Shown here piece after piece: positions 23,358-31,893 of a stretch of 31,893 nt of DNA. The stretch spans positions 62,001-93,893 of the forward strand of contig JALJEE010002126.1 in assembly GCA_023231475.1 (NCBI GenBank), read 5' to 3'. The stretch is from Seison nebaliae (taxonomy: Eukaryota). A program made the translations under genes and the position numbers. Each line of letters begins with the position of its first letter. Within the stretch, counting starts at the first letter, position 1. The notes beneath the pieces are model-generated. The model was not told the DNA's origin. It made no database searches and saw nothing but the letters and a program-made list of their open reading frames with translations.

Positions 23358-26300
23358 TTATTGCACTTCGATGTTGAACGGACTTCCTGGTATGTGATCT
23401 TCGCCCCATTTCACGACTAACACGTAAAGTCCACGTTCTTTTACGGTATATGAGACGATATATTTGTTGTTGCCTTGATGACGGACATGCAACTCTTCAC
23501 ATGGATGTGTTGGTCCATAAATGCCAACCATTAACATATTATTTCCTGCTGATGTTGTATCGACATTGAATGATGATTCTTGACCAATTTTCGCGTTTTC
23601 CAATCCGGGTCCAAATGCACGTACATTCTTCGCGTCACCATGTGCACTGTCCATCAGTTTTCTTTGTTGTTGAGTTGGTGTAATACTATCAGTTCCGTTG
23701 AATCGTTGTTGAAATTGTTGATATTGAGATGCTGCGCCCATTGATGAGGATGTAGTGTTCGTTTGCATATGCTGCTTCTCTACCGTCTCAACGACAAATA
23801 CACTTTGCTCCTTTGACGCATATGGTGACGACGGTCGTACTTGTAATGAATTTGGTGATGTTTGTATCATTGATTGATTTGCATAATTCAACGAATCTAC
23901 TTGTTGCTGTTGTTGTTGTTGAGTGCCGAATACGTGACATTTGAATGGAGAACTTGCAATGTTGACACCACCGAATTTGATGGTAATCAAATAATCTCCT
24001 GGTGCGGTTGGTGTATAAATGACACGATATCCTTCTTCTGTTTCATGACATTCTAATGTCACTTTTGATGGTCCATCAACTGTGATAGCTAATGCACCAG
24101 CACCAGCATTTAATGTGTTAACAATGAAATATGTTTGTCGTCCACAATCACATTGATGAAGACCAGGTCCATAAGCACTTACACGACCGGGATCACTTAT
24201 AGCATCTCCAACAACCACACGGAACGGTGATTCTGGTATGGGCGTACCATTCAATCGAACATGAACCCAATGAACACCATTTTCATGAGGAATAAATTTC
24301 ACACGACAATGACCATCGCCCATATCATCGATAAGACCACGTTCCTCAATACCCGACGGTGAAACGATGGAAGTAGTCAAATCACCAACAACTCCATTCA
24401 TGTCAACAGTAAATGTACATGGTTTGTTCGCTTGAACTGGTTTCTTTATATTCTCCACATTTAACCGTCTTGCATCGCCAGCTGGTGGTGACACATAAAC
24501 CGAATAAGGTGAATCAGGAATATGTTCATCATTGAATTTGATAGCAACTTGATATTGACCCGGCTCACCACAAACATATGTCACGCCACAAGTTCCATCT
24601 TTACGATCTTCAAAATTTATTTCTGCTTTTGCCGGTCCTTCTACCGCTATCGATAAACCGCCAGCTCCAGCTTCACGTGTATAAATTGAGAATTCATTAA
24701 ATTTGTTAACTTCTCCACGAACCAATCCTGGACCATGTGCGTGTACTTTGTACGCGCCACCCCCTTCAATTGGACCAACAGTAAATTCGAAAGGTGAACC
24801 CGGAATATGTGTATTACGATGTTTCACACTTACTTTATGTACTCCCATTTCTTGTGGTACGAATTTTATCGAATAATTATTATCATCCAACGAATGGATA
24901 CCACACGCTTCCGTTCGACCACTTGGAGCGGTGACATATGCCGAAAGATCTGGAGAATGAACTCCAGGAATTTTCAAACTCAATTCACACTGAGATCCGA
25001 TATGTGTCACTTCTGGATTGGTGGCAGTTCTCTTGATTATTTCTCGTTGTTTATCTACTCCCTCTCCAACAACTGGTACATGAAACGGTGATCCTGGTAC
25101 TGGTTTATCAGCAAATTTCACATTTATCACATAATTTCCTGGTTCGGTCGGTCGATAAGTCACACGGCATGTCCCGTCTTCATTATCATGACATTCGATG
25201 TCAGCTTTTGATGGACCTTCGATCGATAATGATAATCCGCCATATCCGGCGTCTTTCGTATTGACTGTAAATTCGTTGAGTTCGTTCGTTTTTCCTGAAT
25301 GGAGACCAGATCCATAAGTTCTGACACGATTAGCATTTCCAATTTCTGTCGGTCCCACATGAATATTGAATGGACTACCATTAATTTGCTTACCATTCTT
25401 AAAGACACTGACATAATGATCACCAACTTCTCGTGGTGTAAATGAAATTCCAAGAGTTCCATTCGACAATTTCTTTAAAAGACACGGCTCTTCCTTACCA
25501 CTGGGTGCTCGAATATATGCATCCAATTCATGTACATTTGTATCATCGTCTAACTTCAATGAAACTTCAGAAGCATTTCCAACAGTCAGATATGCACGTT
25601 TTGGTGAATAAGCCGTACCAGATGATGGTTGTACTTTCGATAAGAATGGCGATCCTTGAATATGTTGATCGGCGAATTTTATTGATAAATGATAATCTCC
25701 AGGTGTCAACGGATAATATGTAACATCACATGTACCATCCTTATTATCATGACAATCAATTTCCGCTTTCGATGGTCCTTCAACTGCCAATGACAAACCG
25801 CCAGCACCAGCATCTTTCGTAATGATTTTAAAATGAGCCGGTTCACCAGACACTCCACTACTAAGACCAGGTCCATGAGCTGATACATATCCTTTCGGTA
25901 ACGCTTCCACATGAAATTTGAATGGTGCACCAGGTAATGGTACTCCATTATGATTCACTTGTAATTCATGAATTCCGATCATATGTGGTTGATATCGGAC
26001 GGAAACTGTTCCGTCAGTATTATCTTCCATTATCGGTATTTCACGTTCTCCATTCGGTGTAATGATTGTTGCATGTAATTCGGTTGATGGAGCGTTGACC
26101 GGTAATCGTAAATCAACTGGTCGATAAGATGTCGTTTTTCCATCCCAATTCGATGGTGATTTACTAATCGAATGAATTGATGGTTGTTGTGGTATATTTT
26201 GTATTTGTGATTGTTGTGTTGGTGAAATGGTTGATCGATTGATATGAATAGGAGTCGCCGTTGTTGATGGTGAATATGGTTGTTCGTTTTCATTCTGATA

Positions 26301-27856
26301 AGAATTCTGTGATGTAATACTTGCATTCAATACCGGTCGAATTGGTGATTGATGACCAGATAATGATGTTTTGCTCGTATGTGACATTGACGTTTGGGGA
26401 GATATTTGATGAACAGGTTGTGGCTGTTGTTCGATAATTGGTCGAGTATATTTGTCAATTACATTTACTGTTCTATCACCATTCTTCACTGGACGTCCTC
26501 CGAATAATGTTTCGATTTGATGAGGTCCATTCATGACGGGCGTATAGAAAATATTCACATTTCCATCACCAACTTCATCGACTATCAATGGGATTGGTCG
26601 ACCGGTTGGATCGCGAATATTACACGTCAATTTCCCAATTCCTCCTTTCGATGTATCAGCTGTAATTTTTTGTTCTTCATGTATCTGCACTTGTGGATTA
26701 ATACCCGAACCATAAACATTGACATTTTCAGCGTCTCCTGTCGCATTAGCGAACAATTTATTCGGTGTCTGAACATTCTCATTTCCATACAATACATCCA
26801 AATCATAATCTCCAACATGAGGTGCGGTAAATGAGACGTCGAATGTTCCATCATTTCTTCTCTTCATATCGACCGGTAATAATTGATTCGTTTTATTATC
26901 ATTCACTTTCACTTTGATCTCTTCATTTCCTGCATCTCGAGAATCGATATTGAATGTTGTCGGTAACGACGCTGTTATATTCGGTTTCAATCCATTCACT
27001 TTCACCAATCGAGCATCACTACTGGGATGTACTTGTGCGGGAAATGGAGAATTTGGCAATTTCTCTCCAGCCCATTGAACATCGACAGCGTGAGGTCCCT
27101 CCGCTGTTGGTAGGACAGTTGCTGAAAATGTTCCATCATTATTCTTTCGAATTTGTGCTGGTTTCCTTCTACCAACCGGATCGATCAATTCTACATATGG
27201 TGTCAATGATGCCTCGTTATTGGGAGTGGCAGTTCCTGCATTGCGACCATCAATCACAAAATCAGCAGGAACATTTTCTCTTAGAATTTGATTTGGATAT
27301 TCCACTTTCACTTTACTCGCGTCAGCCATATCATTAATTTGGACTTTGAATGGAGATCCAGGAATATGTTGCTCGGCGAATTTGATGGAAATATCATATG
27401 CACCCGATTTCGTCGGTAGATATTCCATCGTACATGTTCCATCTCGATTATCTTTACATTGCATCTTCGCTTCACTCGGTCCTTCAACTGCCAATCCGAG
27501 AGAACCTTGTCCAGCACCTTTCGTCTCAATTTTAAATTCTTGTGGTACATTTGTAATTCCACCATACAAACCAGGACCATATGCCTTCACTCGAGCTGGA
27601 TCACAACCACGTACTGCTCGTACTGAGAATGGAGATCCAGGAACTGGCATTCCTTCGTAAGAAATATCCAATTGATGTTGACCTTCTTCGAATGGAACAT
27701 ATTGAACTGAATATGTTCCGTCGCGATTATTCTTGACTGGACATGCGGCTCGCGTATTCTTCGGTCCAGTGATCTCACATCGTACTTCTCCTTGTCCATT
27801 CGAAGTAACTGCACGTGCATCAACTGTAAATTCACTTGGACTATCTAAGAAGACTC
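23358..27856 (-). CDS. FLNA: Filamin, terminal coding exon (Ig-like repeats ~11-24 with two hinges and the C-terminal dimerisation repeat)
   Basis: Tandem filamin Ig repeats (GPGL..G...P..F.V.T..AG.GGL.LAVEGPSKA.I.C.DN.DGTC.V.Y.P..PG.Y.I.IKF...HIPGSPF); order follows the FLNA R11-R24 layout including short-start R16/18/20 and the terminal VKWGEDHIPGSPF. Acceptor ttcttcttctcacag at 27857; stop at 23358-23360. The symbol denotes the filamin family (FLNA/B/C, cher), not a specific paralogue. Confidence 0.95.
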
Positions 27857-28567
27857 CTGTGAGAAGAAGAAAAAAATGGATTATGATCAAATCGTTTCAA
27901 TGATGGAATAATATCTCATTCCAATTAATTCTCTCATATACTTTTTTTTTTGGTTTAGTTCCAAATGAAAATTCTTCGTATTTGATTAAATTTTTAACAT
28001 AGAGCGAAATTAAATTAGGAAAAAAAACTTAAGAAAAAGAGTAACATGTTGAAAATATTTAAAAAGGGAATTATTTCAAAAAAAATTATCAAAATTCAGC
28101 TGAAAAAAATTAAAAGAAATCTTTTGAGATTTTCATTCGTTTTATCATCTCAATAAAATGATAAAAGTTGATAGCAAGCAATTATTAGATTCTCAAATAA
28201 TAGCCAAAGTAGCTGTAAGAATTCCCTATCAAATTATTTGACTCGCATCTGAGTCTTGAGAGTTGTTGAATTAGACTGACTAAATTCAAATCAGTCCAAT
28301 TGTCAACTTGTTTTTTCTTTCTTTTTCCTATGAAGTCAGTTGAGCTGATTAGAAAATAAATTGTATTATTGATTTCCTCATGAAATTCTTTCATAATTTT
28401 CATTTCATAATAATTATTTTCTTTTTGTTGTTGTTGTTGTTGTTTCTGGAGATATGTTCATTAAAGTAGTATAGCAATTATTGCACTTCACCAAATCTTA
28501 TGAATTTATAGCACGTTAAAGAAAGAACGAAGAAGAAGAGAAATGTTGGAGGAGGAAAGATTCATAC

Positions 28568-31500
28568 CATCGGGTGATAATCCAACTCCATAACATTTAA
28601 TTTGAGAAACATCTAAATCTCCAGATACATAAGCGTCGAATGGAGAGCCTTTCACATGTTGTCCATCATGTTTCACATTGATCTTATAATCGCCCACTGA
28701 AGTAGGAGTATAAGTGATTCGTTGTCTTCCATATTTGTCTTCGTCGCTCTTCATTGAGGGACATGTCGGTCCTTCCATGGTCACTTCAATATCACCATCT
28801 AATTTCGAATGATGTGGTCTCGATTTCATATACGAACTATTTCTACGATTATTTAATGATTCATCTCCATATTTATCATAAGGTGAATCATAATGAATGG
28901 AAGTATAATTTCCATCATCTCCTTTCACATAATCACCTTTCACATCCTCCACATATTCATTGTTTTTTTTCTTATATCGTTTCTCCACGATAGGAATCGC
29001 TTCACCTTCCTCATTCTTCACGAAACATCCACTCTCGTCTGGTATGAGATGACCAGACTTATCATAATCGAACCGTTTCTTACCCACATGAATCGGTTGA
29101 CCACGATCGTTCAAAATATATTCGCCATTATGACTCGGTTTAAATTGACCGTTCTCGTCGATTGAATAGCGTTGACGGTTTTGTACGTCAATGAATGGAT
29201 CCATCCAATGTGGATCTCTGATGAATCGACCGAAATCATCAGCAATCAATCCACCACGTCCATCATCTCGATAACGTTGAGCTCCCACTGGAATATATTC
29301 CTGATTCTTTTCATCAAAAATAAAATCACCAGAATCATCTTCCACAAACTTTCCGTTTGGTAATCGTTTATACCGTTTCTTCAGATACGGAATTAATTCA
29401 TTATCATCATTCATAATATAATTACCATCAGCTGCTTCTACAATTCGTCCGTCATCCATCTTCTTATATCGTTTCTTCAATAACGGTTTTGGAACGACAG
29501 AATGTTCAGATTTCGAATCATCTCCTCCATTTCCACTTTGTCTCATATAATTTCCATCTTTTGATTTAATGAAATTATTTTGTTTGTCAATTGAATATCT
29601 CTTCTCCCTTAATGGAATAAAATTACCATCATCATTACGAACATAATCACCATGTTCTGATGGAATGAATTCATTTCTCTCATTCTTTTCGAATCGTTTC
29701 TTTCCCACATTTATATAATTTCCTTTATCATCTTTCACATAAATTCCTTTATCATCATCCACATTAAATTTACCATCCACATCCTTCATATATCGATGAT
29801 ATTCATTGACTGGTATTAAACATCCACTACTATCTCTCACAAACGAACCGATATCATCATCACTTGATCGTGTGGGTATTGTTCGTCGTTTACCAACTAA
29901 AATGAAATCTCCTTTTTTGTCTGAAACATATTTGCCATCTTTGTCTCGTACAAATTTACCAGTATCATCTTTCCGATAACGTTCCTCTCGATCAATATCA
30001 ATTAAACTTCCATCACCTGTCTCCACGATATTGCCCTTCTCACTCGGAATAAGATTTCCATCAGAATTTACTACATATCGTTCTGGTCGACCAACACGAA
30101 TTAAATTCTTATTTTTATCTTTAACATATTCACCTTTCGGATTTTCATAGAATTTTCCCGATTTCTCATCTAACGAATAACGTTCCTTCTCTTTACGATC
30201 TATCAAATTTCCGTCATCATCTTCCAAATATCGATCGTCAGGTCGTCGATCTCTTGTCGTACTTCCTTCTTGCTCAACACACGTTCGACGTTCTGGACCG
30301 ATATCGATGAAATTTCCTCGACCATCTGAAATGTAATTACCTTTTGATGATGGTATTAATTTTCCTGTAGAATCAGGAACATATTTCGGTTGATCGACAC
30401 TGATGAAACGACCAGTGTCATCATCACGAACAAATTCACCGTTTTCATCTGGAAAGAAATTTCCTTTGTGATCTGTTGTATATCTCCGTTTTCCAACATT
30501 AACAAAATTTCCATAATTATCTTCAACGAAATTTCCGTTATCATCTGGAATCATTTTATTCGTTTGCTCATTAATACGGAATCGTGGACGATTCTCTAAA
30601 TTGATGGTATCTCCATCTTTCGTTTGAATGAAGGAACCGGTTGTGGAAGGAATTGTCGGTTTTTGTTTTCGATCAATAATATCATGTCGTTTAGGTCCGA
30701 TACAAACATAATCTCCATGTCCATCTGATACATATTCTCCGTCGTCAGCTCTGATAAATTTCCCGGTAGGATCTTGATGATATCGTTGATTATCGATTGG
30801 TACTGGTCGACCTTCATCATTTTTGACAAAATGTCCTTTTTCGTCTTTGACTAATTGTCCATTCTCATTATAAGAATATCTCGGTTTGCCAACTCGTATC
30901 AATTCGTCACCAGATTTGATATATTCTCCTTCTGATGATGGTTTTACATTTCCATCAGTTTCATCGATTGTATATCGATCTCCAATTCGAGTATCAATTA
31001 ATTTACCATGATCACTGATAATAAAAGAACCGTTAGATGATGGAACGACTGATAAATTATTATTATCATCAAATTGAGATGGAAAATAATCATCATCTTT
31101 TTTCTTATCGTCAATTGTTTTATATCGTTTTGGACCGACATTAACAAATTGATCATTTTTATCTTTTATAAAATTTCCATCAGTTGATGGAATAAATTCA
31201 TTTGTTTTCGTATCTTTTTTATAACGTTGTTGTTGTTGAATAGGAATCATTTGATTTCCATCATCTGATTTGATGAAATCTCCTTTTTCATCAGGAATAA
31301 ATTTATTTGTTCGAGAATCTTTTCGATATCGAGGACGTCCAATATTCATCACATTTCCTTTATCATCTTTTACATATTCTCCATCATTATCTGGTATTAA
31401 ATTATTTGATTCATTATCAAGTCGATATCGTTTTGTTTTTTCATTTAATGGTAATAAATTTCCATTTTTTGTTCTTACAAAATCTCCAACATCATCTGGA

Positions 31501-31893
31501 CTATATTCTGTTAATTTATCTGAAATTCGAACCATTCGAGGACGACCAATCGATAAAATATTTCCATCATTATCTAATACGAATTCTCCATTATCATCCT
31601 CAACATAATTTCCATCAGAATCGATCGCTAATCGTTTTTCATCATTTAAATTTATTAAATTATTTTTATTATCTAAAATGAAATTTCCTTTTTCTGAAGG
31701 AATTAATCGATTCTTTTCATCTTTAATATATCGAGGACGTCCAACTCTCAACAAATTTCCTTTTCCATCATTTATATATTCTCCTTTATCATCTTCTCTC
31801 ATTATTCCATCATCATCAATTCTATATCTTTGTTTATCATCAATATTTATCGGAATTCCATCATTATCCAATATCGTATCACCCACAACTTTC
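28568..31893 (-). CDS. FLNA: Filamin, upstream coding exon (5'-truncated by the window edge): novel repeat array followed by the C-terminal half of an Ig repeat and the start of the next
   Basis: Frame is open to the window end; ends ...LDGDIEVTMEGPT...ITYTPTSVGDYKINVKHDGQHVKGSPFDAYVSGDLDVSQIKCYGVGLSPD G|gtatga. Phase-1 intron 28567-27857 (711 nt) joins to give LSPDG-VFLDSPSEFTVDARAV, matching filamin repeat 11. Confidence 0.88.
28890..31893 (-). repeat. Protein-level tandem repeat, about 29+ units of ~32-35 aa (RY..D..G..I.(S/D)..G.(F/Y)(V/I).D..G.(L/F)I.(V/I)G..)
   Basis: Manual alignment of the 1126-aa ORF, e.g. RYRIDDDGIMREDDKGEYINDGKGNLLRVGRP / RYIKDEKNRLIPSEKGNFILDNKNNLINLNDEK / RYRKDDTGKFVRDKDGKYVSDKKGDFILVGKR. 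Confidence 0.9.

Noticed and set aside
23874..31681. Short overlapping ORFs within filamin
   Set aside because: Alternate-frame or antisense by-products of a long coding sequence, with no independent motifs.
28890..31893. Bacterial contamination or a separate bacterial surface-protein gene
   Set aside because: The repeat is in the same ORF as filamin Ig sequence, has host-like base composition, and splices in frame to the next filamin exon; the resemblance to bacterial hairpin repeats is pattern-level only.

Overview
AT-rich eukaryotic (metazoan) genomic DNA with standard genetic code and many very short (43-59 nt) GT-AG introns; no prokaryotic features, tRNA/rRNA or CRISPR are visible. In order: the 3' part of an unidentified acidic protein gene (+); an orphan multi-pass membrane protein (+); a divergent six-exon F-actin capping protein alpha gene (-); about 7 kb of non-coding DNA; a class IV POU (POU4/Brn3/unc-86/acj6) gene (+) whose POU-specific domain and homeodomain are separated by a ~609-aa linker; a 7-copy 19-bp motif array; a decayed non-LTR retrotransposon fragment (-); a secreted divergent fibrinogen-related gene with a broken reading frame (+); and the 3' part of a filamin gene (-) with Ig repeats ~11-24, preceded in frame by a >1000-aa array of an unfamiliar ~33-aa double beta-hairpin-like repeat. 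The giant POU4 linker and the filamin repeat insertion are the most striking observations.
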